A stretch of 64,000 nucleotides of DNA from Pelagomonas calceolata (lineage: Eukaryota): positions 930,001 through 994,000 of the forward strand of contig CAKKNE010000006.1 of the NCBI GenBank assembly GCA_918797485.1, in the 5' to 3' direction. The notes under the pieces were generated by a model. It made no database searches, was not told the origin of the DNA, and worked only from the letters and a program-made list of their open reading frames with translations. Position 1 is the stretch's first letter, and every line of letters begins with the position of its first letter. Below are positions 31,010 through 41,843 of the stretch, in pieces. The position numbers were made by a program, and so were the translations under genes.

Positions 31010-32668
31010 TTAATCTCCCGCCGGCACGCGTGCAATAACCAGCTGGTGCCAGTTGTCCATGATATCGAGGTACTCGACGACGGCGCCGGTGCACGCCATG
31101 GCCTCCTGGAGTAACGAGAGGTCCCACGCGTGCCAGTGGTAGCCCTTGAGGCGGCGCGCCGTCGCGAGGTCGTCGCTACAGAACGGGCACGTGTCGAGGT
31201 CCACGAGGCGATGGTACGCTCTGACGCGCTGCTCGAGTCGTCGGAGCACCTCTGGGTCGTCCGACGAGTCCGCGGCGTCCGCGTGGGCGAGGATGAGGTC
31301 GTAGATGGTCGAGACGGGCACGTCTCTGTCGTACGTGTTCCCGGCCCAGGGCACGCTTATGACGAAATACCCACCGGGTTTGAGAACGCGCCGCCACGTT
31401 GCGAGCGCCCGCAACGGATCGGCGAAGTGCTCCAGCACGTGGAACGCCATGACGACGTCGTAGGATCCGTCGGCGACGTGCTCGAGGCGCCCTCCGTCGC
31501 CGACGCGCAGCCGCCCCAGGAGGCGGTCGTCCACGTAGAAGGCGGACCCGCTCGACGCTTCCGCTCCAACCGTCTCGACGCGCGTGACGGCTCCATCCTG
31601 TTCCGACCAGTTGACGATGTCCACGGACGCCCAAGCGAGCTGTGCGTACAGGCCACCGATGTCCGTCGTGGGGCCGCCAATCTCCAGCGCGCTCGCGTTC
31701 CGCGCCAGAGCGATTATTTTCTTCTGAAACGACTCCAGTGCCGAGGCGCTCGGGGCGATGCGACGACGGCGCAGGGGCAGGGTATAGGAATTGTTGGAAC
31801 ACGCGCCGCCAAATGCGCCCGTGGGGCGATCGCCGCCCTGCTCGCCTCGATAGACGTTGACGCCCTCGAGGCGCGCGCCGCCGTCGGCGCGCCGCAGCGC
31901 GTCCCCCATTGGGCGGAGGTCCGCCATCATGCTACCAAAGGCGCGCTCGAGGTTCACGTGGTTCGAGTACTCAAAGCCCGCGGCACCGCCTTCCGCGTAT
32001 GTGCCAAGGGCGTCGAACGCGTCCAGGGCGGCGCGCATTATAACTGAGTCGCCCCCAAACAGTTTGTCGTCGAGGAACGGCCGCGGGTGCGTCGGTCCGG
32101 GTGCGTGCCAGAAACCGTACAAGCGACCCCATTCGACAGGGCGCCGGAGCGCGAGCTGTCCGCCCGGGGCCCCGCCCGCGAACGCCAGCCGCGCGTCGAA
32201 GCGGGTGTTGACGACGAAGTCGTAGGCAGCGCCCCGCGTCGCCTCGTGCGCAAGCAGCAGGCGGCAGACCTCGCGGATGCCCCAGAACATGGCGAACTTG
32301 TTCTGCAGCACGCGCGGGCAGCGCTGGCCCGACGTCGCCTGCGACGCCTGGCACGTGGCCGACGTCACGAGAGGCTGGAACCTTGCCGAGAAGTTGCGTT
32401 CAGTCTCGATGACGTGTGCGACCGGGTCGTAAGCCTGCAGGACCCGCAGCGCCTCCGCGCCGGCCCACGTGTGCAAGAAGACGTCCGCGCGTGTGGGGCC
32501 GATGACGTAATCACGCAGTTCGCGGTGCGTCGCGCGCCAGTCCGCCGTTCGCAGCGTGCGGCCGTCGATGCCCTCGTAGGTCCGCGGCGACGAGATGCCC
32601 CGGAGCAGGAGTGCGACGTCGTTGGCTTGCACCATCGTGAGCAAGGGCAGGCCGGCGCGCCATCCCAT
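31010..32668 (-). CDS. Secreted putative glycosyltransferase-like domain + class I methyltransferase
   Basis: 'VALLLRG', 'DVFLHTW', 'AMFWGI..YDFVVNTRFD', 'DDKLFGG'; the methyltransferase domain is closely similar to that of 26216..28777. Confidence 0.8.
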   Translation of the reverse strand: MGWRAGLPLLTMVQANDVALLLRGISSPRTYEGIDGRTLRTADWRATHRELRDYVIGPTRADVFLHTWAGAEALRVLQAYDPVAHVIETERNFSARFQPLVTSATCQASQATSGQRCPRVLQNKFAMFWGIREVCRLLLAHEATRGAAYDFVVNTRFDARLAFAGGAPGGQLALRRPVEWGRLYGFWHAPGPTHPRPFLDDKLFGGDSVIMRAALDAFDALGTYAEGGAAGFEYSNHVNLERAFGSMMADLRPMGDALRRADGGARLEGVNVYRGEQGGDRPTGAFGGACSNNSYTLPLRRRRIAPSASALESFQKKIIALARNASALEIGGPTTDIGGLYAQLAWASVDIVNWSEQDGAVTRVETVGAEASSGSAFYVDDRLLGRLRVGDGGRLEHVADGSYDVVMAFHVLEHFADPLRALATWRRVLKPGGYFVISVPWAGNTYDRDVPVSTIYDLILAHADAADSSDDPEVLRRLEQRVRAYHRLVDLDTCPFCSDDLATARRLKGYHWHAWDLSLLQEAMACTGAVVEYLDIMDNWHQLVIARVPAGD

Positions 32669-33093
32669 CCTAAGGCTGCCCTTTTCCAAGCTCTCACTAG
32701 CGCATGCTCTCTACTGGGACATATTGTGTGGTGAACTCGCACACGGAATTGAGCGCAGCAAACGTTGCGTGCGTGTTTGATCTATGCAATGACGCTGACT
32801 GCCCAGTGAGCCGGCGCGAGCAGTCGGCGCGCGCGCCCCAACGACGACGACGGGTTTTTAGCCCCCCACCCCGCACGAAACGCGCGCGCCAATGCCAGGT
32901 ACGGGTTTTGTCAACGGAGACTTCCGTGCCAGCGATCGAACTCGTCGTTTTGAAGCCCCACGCTTCTTTGAATTTCCAATTTTAGATGGGGCCAAATTTC
33001 CGGCAGCAGAGAAGCGCGCGCTGACCTGCTGCCCCACTCGACGTTTCGTCGGTCCTGGGGCGTCTGTTGCGGGTGTTGCACTACTGCAGAGGT

Positions 33094-34527
33094 ATGGGTA
33101 AGGGCGGTGAAAAGGACGACTGCCCCCCGCGCGCCGCCTTCAAGGGCAGCCCAAAAAAGCGCTGGGTCGTCGACGGCGTGAGTTACGACCTGACGCCGTT
33201 TCTTGCAAAACATCCGGGCGGGCCGGACTTTCTGTTGTGGAGCGCGAATCGCGACATCAGCATCGCCGTGCACACGTATCACAAGGATCCCGAGCGCACC
33301 GTGCTGCCGTTGTTGCGAAGGTACAGATGTGAAGAACCGCCGGTCAAGTCGGTGAAGCGATTAATGGGCGTGCCGCAGTTCTTGCTGCCGCCGAGGTTCG
33401 ACGCAGTGACTGACACGCCCTCGTACGACTGGGGCCCGGGGACGTTCCTCGCGGACCTCGTCAAGGAAATGGCGCGGCCCGCGGTCGCGCGCGCGGTCGA
33501 AGCTGCGGACGCCGCGTTTGACCGTCACGCTTTGATACTACTATTCATGTACGGTGTCATTGTAAGCGCGTGGCTCTCCTGCGTGTTACGACCTTCCGTC
33601 GCCGCGATCGCCCTCATCCTCCTGCGTACGGCTTTAGCGGGCGCGGGCCACTCCTTCGTCCACCGGCCCAAGTCGCCCTGGGGCGCGCTCTTCGATTTCA
33701 ACTACGTGGGCCACTGCACGACGGCCGTCGACGGGCACGCGCTCCTGCACCACGGCTACACGCAGACGGAGGCCGACGTGAAGCGAGGCTTCTTCGGCGG
33801 CATGATGGGCGTGGCGCGCGCGTACCGCGTGCCGATCCACACGCTGCACAAGTTAGGGCACGTCGTGACAGGATGCCTCGTGCGGCAGGTCGACCTGCAG
33901 CTAGAACGAGACGCAGAGGAACACCAGGGCGTCGAGGACCTGAAGAGGGCGCTCGGGCTAGGGAACTGGGCCCACGTGGGCTTCTGGGCCGTCCATGTAT
34001 GTTTACGGGTCGAGCTCTACGTCGCGTGGCGCCAGGGCCTCCGCTGGTCGTGGTTGTTTCAATTCATCGGCTCGCTCTGGTTGAACACGCTCCTCGTCGT
34101 CTCCTCGCACGACTTCGACGACCTCGGGGACGAGTCCGAGCGCGACTGGGCCGTCTTCCAGCTCGCGGAGACGCACGACATGAGTATTACCGGGTGGCCG
34201 CGCCTCGACTGCTGGCTCTCCGCGGGGCTGGCGCCGCACCGGGCGCACCACCTGCTCCCGTACCAGCGCTCCGCCTACGCGAACATCGCCTCGGAACCCG
34301 CCATCCGGCGCGTCTGCGAAAGGAGGGGCATCGCGTGGGACCCGCCAAAGGGGCTCGGGTCGGAGATCCTCCCCGTCGTCTTTCGGCGGCTGTTCGCGCC
34401 CGCATGCGACCCCGCCACGCGCGAGGCGCTGTACGCCGACGCGGTCGCGGAGCACGCGTCGTGGCGGCAGCTCGCGTACTGCGTATCCTACGTCGGCGCG
34501 GGGGTGTGCGGTATCGGGTCCATCTAA
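33094..34527 (+). CDS. Cytochrome b5-fused membrane fatty-acid desaturase
   Basis: 'YDLTPFLAKHPGG'; His boxes 'GHSFVH', 'HALLHH', 'HRAHHL'; TM segments. Confidence 0.88.
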   Translation: MGKGGEKDDCPPRAAFKGSPKKRWVVDGVSYDLTPFLAKHPGGPDFLLWSANRDISIAVHTYHKDPERTVLPLLRRYRCEEPPVKSVKRLMGVPQFLLPPRFDAVTDTPSYDWGPGTFLADLVKEMARPAVARAVEAADAAFDRHALILLFMYGVIVSAWLSCVLRPSVAAIALILLRTALAGAGHSFVHRPKSPWGALFDFNYVGHCTTAVDGHALLHHGYTQTEADVKRGFFGGMMGVARAYRVPIHTLHKLGHVVTGCLVRQVDLQLERDAEEHQGVEDLKRALGLGNWAHVGFWAVHVCLRVELYVAWRQGLRWSWLFQFIGSLWLNTLLVVSSHDFDDLGDESERDWAVFQLAETHDMSITGWPRLDCWLSAGLAPHRAHHLLPYQRSAYANIASEPAIRRVCERRGIAWDPPKGLGSEILPVVFRRLFAPACDPATREALYADAVAEHASWRQLAYCVSYVGAGVCGIGSI

Positions 34528-34586
34528 TTTCCTTTGTTACTGTGTTCAATATGCCTAGCTGGGATACATTTAAGGCACAACACTGC

Positions 34587-35699
34587 TTACACTGGCTGAG
34601 GCGGCGCGACGACGCTGGCGAGCGGCGCCACGAGGCGGGGAACGCCGTCGGGGGCCCACGGCCCGCGGAAGAGCGCCGTCTCGTTTTTCACCGGCCAGTG
34701 CGCCGCCCGGATATCCGTTTTCCCCACTTCGCTTGGATTGAGGTCGAGGCCGTAGGCCCACAAGCACGCGGCCCGACCGCGGTCCGTCAGGACGATGTGC
34801 GCACCTTCGGGATCTACGTCGAGGACGCACGGCCCGCCACGGTCGTGGCCCCGCAGCGCGGCGAGCAGACAGCGCTGCGTCGCGTCGACAGGCGCGTCCG
34901 TCGCGACGCTTCCCTCCCGCGCGCGCACGAGTGCAAGGTCGCCGTCGCCGGCGTCGGTGTCCGTCGACGCGAGATCGTAGCCGCCGGCCTCGCGGAGGGA
35001 CGCGAGCAGGCTCATGACTTTTGTGGGGCGAGCAGCCTCCGACCCGCCCCAGCTGATCTCATGCTTGGCCTCGAAGACGATCACGCGGGGGCGCAGGCGA
35101 TCGAGGGGCAGCGTGGCAAGGAGGTCGACGTCCGCGCCCTCCGCGTCGACGACCAAAACGTCCATCACGCCGCCGTGGCGGCTCACGAGGTCCTCGAAGC
35201 CGAGGCACTCGACTTCGATCTGCTCGACAGGAATTTCGCGGCCGAGTATGCCTTGGTGACCGCGGGCGTGGTCGCTGCGCAGCGAACCGATCTCGGTGAC
35301 CCAGGACGGCATGTCGTCGCCGGCGGCCGCGGGCGAGACGGCGTAGAAAGGCACGGCTGGCGCGCTCCTAGCGCAGAGTGCGGCCTGGACGGGGACATGG
35401 GGCGAGGCGGTGGTCGTCGCCCGCCGCTGCAGCTCTTCGAAGACGTGGGGCGACGGCTCGACGAGGAGACCCGTCCAGTTGTGCCTCGTCGCGACGTCGT
35501 GCAGCATCGCATCGCGCGTCGGTGGGAACCAGTGGTGCGCGCCGATGTGGACGAAGCCCAAGCCGGGCCGCGGCGCTGCACCGTCTCTCGTCGCGGCGTC
35601 GCAGTGGCCGAGCGTGTGCAGTATGGCGGCCCGAGACGCGGCCCGCAGGTCACCGCCGCATGTGCGCGCGACGACGAGCGCGGCGAGGGCTGGGCGCAT
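34587..35699 (-). CDS. Secreted FkbM-family methyltransferase
   Basis: 'FVHIGAH', 'WTGLLVEP', 'DVLVVDAEGAD', 'RPRVIVFE'. Confidence 0.85.
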   Translation of the reverse strand: MRPALAALVVARTCGGDLRAASRAAILHTLGHCDAATRDGAAPRPGLGFVHIGAHHWFPPTRDAMLHDVATRHNWTGLLVEPSPHVFEELQRRATTTASPHVPVQAALCARSAPAVPFYAVSPAAAGDDMPSWVTEIGSLRSDHARGHQGILGREIPVEQIEVECLGFEDLVSRHGGVMDVLVVDAEGADVDLLATLPLDRLRPRVIVFEAKHEISWGGSEAARPTKVMSLLASLREAGGYDLASTDTDAGDGDLALVRAREGSVATDAPVDATQRCLLAALRGHDRGGPCVLDVDPEGAHIVLTDRGRAACLWAYGLDLNPSEVGKTDIRAAHWPVKNETALFRGPWAPDGVPRLVAPLASVVAPPQPV

Positions 35700-35918
35700 T
35701 TTGTACTCGTCACTACCAAGAGCTACTGCTGACTCGAGCTACAGCACACATACCTAAGCAGCCTGGAGGTGCTTTCCAGCTGGCCAGGGTGCAGAGCGGT
35801 GCAGTTGCAGTTGGTGTGAGATCAGCGGTGAGGCTTTTCTGCACGAATTGACGATGAACTGCTCTCTATCCCAGTCTACAAGCCAGGGCCGCAAGCCAGG
35901 GCCGCGAGGCGGCAGGGC

Positions 35919-35938
35919 CTAGCGGTGTAAGACACTAG
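35919..35938 (+). repeat. CTAG-bounded intergenic motif, copy 2
   Basis: CTAGCGGTGTAAGACACTAG. Confidence 0.7.
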
Positions 35939-37287
35939 GAAGGCAGGACGCCATGCAGCCGTTTGAGCGTCGTTCGGTTCGCTACTGGTCCAAAGAGACC
36001 AATGAGACACTTCCTGGGGGGTGAAAAAAATATTTTTTTTAATTCGCGATATTGACGGTTCCACCATGGCGGCCGCGCCGGCTGAATCCTGTCAATCCCT
36101 GCTGGGGAGGTGTCCCTGGGGTCGCCTAGGGTCGGTACTATACACGTGCAAGCACCTACACCGCATACGCCGCCGCTTCAAGCATTTTTGGTCGATTTCT
36201 CTCAACCAGTCGGCCCACTGAACCAGGAATAGCCTGGCAATGGCTTCCAGGGCTCTCCGAGAGCACTAGGCTGCCGCATCGACGGCGTATGCGGTGCAGG
36301 CGCTTACCCACTACCAGACCTACCTCGGGAGGCCTCCGGGAGCCGATCTGCATCCACAAAAAGTAAATAATTTGGGCCCGATGGCGCCCCGTTCCCGTAA
36401 AATACGCAATTACCCGAGGGCCCCCAGTAGTCGCCGTAGCGGTCTCGTCGGACCCCATACTACCCCAATGATAGTCAATTACAAGTATATGACATCTACA
36501 CGCCGAGAAGGGTACTTTTGGCTGCCCACGCTGAGGACGTGAACATCTTTATCTGGACCTCGCGTAAGTCAGTCTATCATGAAACAAACGATCTCATCAA
36601 GGTCCATGGTGAAGGTACACGGGCTGATGGTCGCAGATTCAGGTGTCGTGCCCATCTAAGCCAGATAGTGGGCTCGCGAGACCGACAAGGCGCGGGAGCA
36701 TTTGGCAATAGGAAATCAAATGTAGGACACGCTCAGGCCAATTAGCTGGCCCGTCCCATACACGAAGCGCCCGAAACGCAAATTTATTTTATAACTCACC
36801 GGTCTGGGGCCTTTCCGGTGCCCCGCGTACGTACCGTCGTCCGCGGAGAACGGGCAAGTCGGTCGATTGTGAATAGAACAACGGCGTTATGATCCATCTG
36901 GGTAGTGGCGTCGCTGATAGTCGCAGGTCTGGGTGTCGGCGCTGTTTTTGGGTAAACGTGGGGTCGCGAAGACGTCGAATCGCGCGGCTCTAACGGAGAA
37001 CCTAAAATAGATGAGTAGTTGTTCAAACGGCCTAGATGGCCTCTACCACTACCAAACGGAAGGAAACGAACATAAACTCGGGAGTTGTCTAGTAGAATTC
37101 TTCTCCCGCCCTCCGAGCGCGGGCCGTCGGCTCCGGTTCCGTCCAACTTGTATGAAAACTGGGCTGGAGTTGATATGATGTACCATTTGGACGGTAGATG
37201 GCGGCGTCAATCGCTGGTGTATTTTGGCGAGCCGCAAGACCTAGTGATCTAGCGTATCGACACACTAGAAACCCGTTTTAGCGTTTT

Positions 37288-37360
37288 TGGAGATTGGAGA
37301 TCATTTTAGGGGTACAGTGGAGATTGGAGAGCTCTAGAAGGGTATTATTGGAGATTGGAG
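37288..37360. promoter_or_regulatory. Three TGGAGATTGGAG units (reverse CCAAT boxes) at 30/31-bp spacing upstream of SDHA
   Basis: Copies start at 37288, 37318, 37349, about 100-170 bp before the ATG. Regulatory role is inferred. Confidence 0.4.
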
Positions 37361-37459
37361 CCTTAGACTTACCAAGGTCTAGAGCTTCTTCTGCTCGACG
37401 AAGCGGCTGGAAGTACTCATTTCATTCGAAGCGGCTGGCCGATAGCAAGTTGTAACACT

Positions 37460-39346
37460 ATGATAACAACACTCAGTCGCGCCGCAGCGCGGCGAGCGCC
37501 GCGCTGCGCGCTGTCCACTGCGCAAAGCCTTGTAGGAGATTACACCATCGTGGACCACTCATACGATGTCGTCGTGGTGGGCGCGGGCGGCGCAGGCCTC
37601 CGCGCGGCGATGGGCGCCGCGGAGGCCGGCTTCAAGACGGCGTGCGTGACGAAACTCTTCCCGACGCGCAGCCACACGGTCGCGGCGCAAGGCGGCATCA
37701 ACGCCGCGCTCGGCAACATGACCGAAGACGACTGGCGCTGGCACATGTACGACACGGTCAAGGGGTCGGACTGGCTGGGCGACCAGGACGCCATCCACTA
37801 CATGTGCCGCGAGGCGCCGCGCGCGGTCCTCGAGCTCGAGTCGTACGGCCTGCCCTTCTCGCGGACCGAGGACGGCAAGATCTACCAGCGCGCGTTCGGC
37901 GGCCAGAGCCTGGACTACGGCAAGGGCGGCCAGGCGTATCGGTGCGCGTGTGCGGCCGATCGCACGGGCCACGCGATGCTCCACACGCTGTACGGGCGAA
38001 GTTTAGCGTTCGACACCACGTACTTCCTGGAGTTCTTCGCGCTCGACCTGATCATGGACGACGAGGGCAAGTGCGTCGGCGTCGTGTGCCTGGAGATGGA
38101 GAACGGCACGATCCACCGCATCAACGCCAAGAACACCGTCTTGGCGACCGGCGGCTACGGGCGGGCCTACTTCTCGTGCACCTCGGCGCACACCTGCACG
38201 GGCGACGGCAACGCCATGGCGCTGCGCGCGGGCCTGGCCGCGGAGGACCCCGAGTTCGTCCAGTTCCACCCGACGGGCATCTACGGCGCCGGGTGCCTGA
38301 TCACCGAGGGGTGCCGCGGGGAGGGGGGCATCCTGCGCAATTCGGACGGCGAGCGGTTCATGGAGCGCTACGCGCCGTCCGCCAAGGACCTCGCGTCGCG
38401 CGACGTGGTCAGCCGCGCGATGACGATGGAGATCCGGGAGGGGCGCGGCGTCGGCAAAGAAAAGGACCACTGCTACCTGCACCTGGACCACTTGCCCGCG
38501 GAGTTGCTCGCGGAACGCCTACCAGGCATCAGCGAGACCGCGGCGATCTTCGCGGGCGTCGACGTGACCCGGGAACCCATCCCGGTCCTGCCCACGGTGC
38601 ACTACAACATGGGCGGCATTCCGACCAACCATTTGGGCGAGGTGATCCACCAGAAGAAGGACGCGTCGGGAAACGTGGTCGACCACGACGCGGTCGTGCC
38701 GGGCCTCTTCGCCGCGGGCGAGGCCGCCTGCGCGTCGGTGCACGGCGCGAACCGGTTGGGCGCCAATTCGTTGTTAGATATCGTCGTGTTCGGCCGCGCG
38801 TGCGCGTTGCGCATCGCCGACATCGCCAAGCCCGGGGACGCCGTCCCGCCGCTCCCGAGGGACGCGGGGCAGAAGACGTTGCAGGACCTGGACGACGTGC
38901 GCCACTCGTCCGGCCCGACGCCGACGGCCGAGATCCGCCGGGACATGCAGAAGACGATGCAGGACCACGCCGCCGTCTACCGGACGCAGGAGAGTCTCGC
39001 CGAGGGCGTGACCAAGATTGATAAAGTGGTGGACTCCTTCCAGGACGTGGGCGTCTCGGACCGCTCGCTCATCTGGAACACGGACCTCGTGGAGACGCTG
39101 GAGCTGCGCAACTTGTTACCGAACGCCGCCGCGACGATGCACGCCGCCGAGGCCCGCAAGGAGAGCCGCGGCGCGCACGCGCGCGAGGACTGCCCCGACC
39201 GCCTCGACGACGACTGGATGAAGCACACGATGACGTACTATGACGAAGCGACGCGCAAGACGTCGGTGACGTACCGCCCGATCCATTACGAGACGCTGGA
39301 CGAGGACGAGTGCGCCGTCGTGCCGCCGGTCGCGCGTGTCTACTAG
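37460..39346 (+). CDS. SDHA: Succinate dehydrogenase flavoprotein subunit, mitochondrial
   Basis: Mitochondrial presequence; 'GAGGAG', '[10 protein letters not shown]' (FAD His), 'QFHPTG', '[14 protein letters not shown]', C-terminal 'PPVARVY'. Confidence 0.99.
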   Translation: MITTLSRAAARRAPRCALSTAQSLVGDYTIVDHSYDVVVVGAGGAGLRAAMGAAEAGFKTACVTKLFPTRSHTVAAQGGINAALGNMTEDDWRWHMYDTVKGSDWLGDQDAIHYMCREAPRAVLELESYGLPFSRTEDGKIYQRAFGGQSLDYGKGGQAYRCACAADRTGHAMLHTLYGRSLAFDTTYFLEFFALDLIMDDEGKCVGVVCLEMENGTIHRINAKNTVLATGGYGRAYFSCTSAHTCTGDGNAMALRAGLAAEDPEFVQFHPTGIYGAGCLITEGCRGEGGILRNSDGERFMERYAPSAKDLASRDVVSRAMTMEIREGRGVGKEKDHCYLHLDHLPAELLAERLPGISETAAIFAGVDVTREPIPVLPTVHYNMGGIPTNHLGEVIHQKKDASGNVVDHDAVVPGLFAAGEAACASVHGANRLGANSLLDIVVFGRACALRIADIAKPGDAVPPLPRDAGQKTLQDLDDVRHSSGPTPTAEIRRDMQKTMQDHAAVYRTQESLAEGVTKIDKVVDSFQDVGVSDRSLIWNTDLVETLELRNLLPNAAATMHAAEARKESRGAHAREDCPDRLDDDWMKHTMTYYDEATRKTSVTYRPIHYETLDEDECAVVPPVARVY

Positions 39347-39436
39347 CTTCGGATTGTGCACATAATACTTCCCAAGCGAAAAATTAGCCTGTCGCCTAGG
39401 CCTGTGTCGCCAGGGGCCGCGTTTTAGGAAATCGCG

Positions 39437-39468
39437 CTAGCGGCCTGTACTTACAGGTAAGACACTAG
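39437..39468 (+). repeat. CTAG-bounded intergenic motif, copy 3 (long form)
   Basis: CTAGCGGCCTGTACTTACAGGTAAGACACTAG, identical to 59742..59773. Confidence 0.85.
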
Positions 39469-39614
39469 GCATCCCTAGCAAGCACAGGCAGCCCAGAGCC
39501 AAAAAAGGCCCAGGCACCGGCTTGCGTGGGTTTGGCAGTAAGTGTGTGGCAGCTGGCACTACACTAGACTGGCTGGGATCTGGTCGGCGGCAAAAAGGCT
39601 GCCATCAAAGCACC

Positions 39615-41843
39615 ATGCTGCGAGCAAGCTCCCTGCATGCCGCCTTCGCCGTGGGCACGATGCTACTGGTCGTGGTCGCAACCACTGCCGCCGCGGCTGG
39701 GAACATAGTTGTCCCACGCCTCGAGGTGACAGACTGCGTTGCGCGGAACGCGACGCCAATCGAAGGCAGCCCGACGGTCTTCTGGTCCGAGGCTGAGCAC
39801 TTCGTGGACGGCCGTGTGCGGCAGTCCGCCGCGGCGCATTTAATGCGGCGGTTTGGCGCGTTCAAGGAGGGTGGAGCGGTCGTTGACATCGGTGCGGGCC
39901 GCGGCGGGCTCCGGGAGTACCTCCCACCGACCACTACGTATGTCCCCGTCGACGTGATGGGCTATGAGGGTGTCCGCACCAGTGTATAAATCACGGTTCA
40001 CGTCGCCTTCGTGCTGAATCATTGCGTCGACCTCCACACCATCGACGCGACGTCTGCTCGAGTGGGTGCTGCGGCTCGACGTAGCCATCACGGCCGCGTC
40101 GTCGCCTCTAAAGAGTCCGTGAGACACTGAACTCACTGGTCGATTCGCACAAAGGTCCGCGCAGTAAAGTGCGACGTGAACAGGCGAGAATTTCCGTTTG
40201 TGCTGAGACCAGACGACGCCCGCGACGGCGTCGCCGCATTCGCTTTCTTGGGCTCCTTTCACTATGTTCTCGACAAGCAGACGGTGCTTCACCTCTGCCG
40301 CGCTCATCGCGGCGCGCACGTCGTTCTTGCGTACGACTTCGGCTGCGGCCACGCTGCGTCGACCTCAGCGGCGACGTACGAGTGGGTCGCGCCCCTGTCG
40401 TTCCGGGCGTTCGCCGAGGCCGCGTACATCGCCGATTTTGACGCGCTGTTCTTCGACGGGCCCGAAGGCGAGCCGATGACGTGGCTCGAGGCGCAGCTGC
40501 GCTCGGAGCGCCGCGACGACGACACGTTCGCGTACGCTTATTTGACCGCGCGGGGCACGCTGCCCGTACCCGCACCCAAGGCGACGATGCGTGCCGGGTA
40601 CTCCATCACTTCGATAATTCGCGTGCCGGGCTCCAACATCCGTGCCTCGACCGACGCCGTCGTCGCTGCCTCCCTCGCGGCAGGCAACACGCCGTGCTGG
40701 TTCGAGCTCGATCCGGATGGCGTGGCAGAAATCTTTGAGACGGGGTGGAACCGCGAGGCGTGCCTCTGGGCCCGCGGCCTCGACGTCATCGTCTCGCGGA
40801 TCCGCGCGGCGCACTGGCCGGTGACGAACGAAACGGCGCTCTTTCGCGACCAGCACGTCCGCCTACCAAATGGCGAGCCCAACCTCGTCGTTCCGCTGCG
40901 ACGCGCCGCGCCTCCAGAGCCCGGCGAGCGGCCGTTCGCCTTCGACGCGGCTGCCGCGCTCGCCGCGCTCGCCCCGCCCGCGGCGGGCCACGACGAAACC
41001 ACGTTTCTGAGAGCGCTGCGCGAACGCGTCGACCGACGGCTCGCGATTATCGACACCCAGCCTGCAACGGATCCAAGTAAAGAAAACGCATTCAACGAAT
41101 TCGGAAAAACTCACGTTCTGCCGTTTTTGGACACTAATCGATTCGACACGTTCGTAGACAAGCTCAAATTTAAAGACTTCTGCCGCGAGATAGGCTTGAA
41201 AACAACCCCATTAATACGCGTTCTTTCTTCTCCGAATGAACTCGAGGCCGTGTGGTCAACTCTACCTGAAAAGTTCGTTGTAAAATCAAACAAGGGTGCG
41301 GGTCGAAATGCGATTGTACAATCGAAACAAAGTACAAATGCAAAGGCCGTTTTGCAACAGTTGGAGAATTGGGACGCGCCGTATTGGAACAAAAATGAAT
41401 GTCATTACGAACACACCGTTCCAAGACTATTCATCGAGACTTTTATCGACCCTTTGCCAGAAGACATCAAAGTGGTAGTCGTCGACAACGTCCCGACGGT
41501 GGTCTGGTCGGATCAAGATCGCTTTGAAGCTCATACGCGAACTGTGTATGCGGTTGAGCGCGGCACTGCAAACTTGACGCGGCTAAACGATTGTTTCTGG
41601 CATTGTCCTACTGGGCAATTAAGTCGCAAAAATGAGATTGATCGCTGTGTCGAGAAAGGGCTCATGAAAGATGTACTACGATTCGCCACCGAGATTTCTC
41701 GGCGAATCGATTTGAGAATGGTTCGCGTAGATTTTTACATCATTGACGGCACCGTCACCGGTGGTGAAGTAACCCTGGCGTCGGGCGCTTTCAACGAGAA
41801 AATCTCACTTTCCTGTGCGGAGTCAGCTACTCAAGTTGCATAA
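39615..41843 (+). CDS. Secreted mosaic protein: class I methyltransferase + TupA-like ATP-grasp domain, 2 exons
   Basis: join(39615..39971,40155..41843). Methyltransferase 'VVDIGAGRGGLREYLP..YVPVD..CDVNRREFP..LGSFHYV'; TupA-like 'VDKLKFKDF..LPEKFVVKSNKGAG..PRLFIETFI..EDIKV..VRVDFY..GEVTLASG'. Confidence 0.8.
39972..40162 (+). mobile_element. Degenerate introner-like element forming intron 39972..40154
   Basis: 8-bp TSD GTCCGCAC/GTCCGCGC; left end CAGTGTATAAATC; right end ACTCACTGGTCGATTCGCACAAAG matches the 3' end of the 58641 element at 18/24 positions. Removing it joins two ORFs in frame. Confidence 0.75.

Noticed and set aside
33570..35732. 720-aa plus-strand ORF and similar long Arg/Ala/Pro-rich ORFs (e.g. 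5442..7322, 37642..39021, 61856..63328, 61942..63414, 27851..29113)
   Set aside because: Alternative-frame or antisense shadows of well-supported genes. Stop codons are rare at this GC content and the translations have no motifs.
37288..37360. Possible mini-CRISPR (12-bp repeat with 18-19-bp spacers)
   Set aside because: Repeats and spacers are too short, the spacers resemble each other, no cas genes are present, and the context is eukaryotic.
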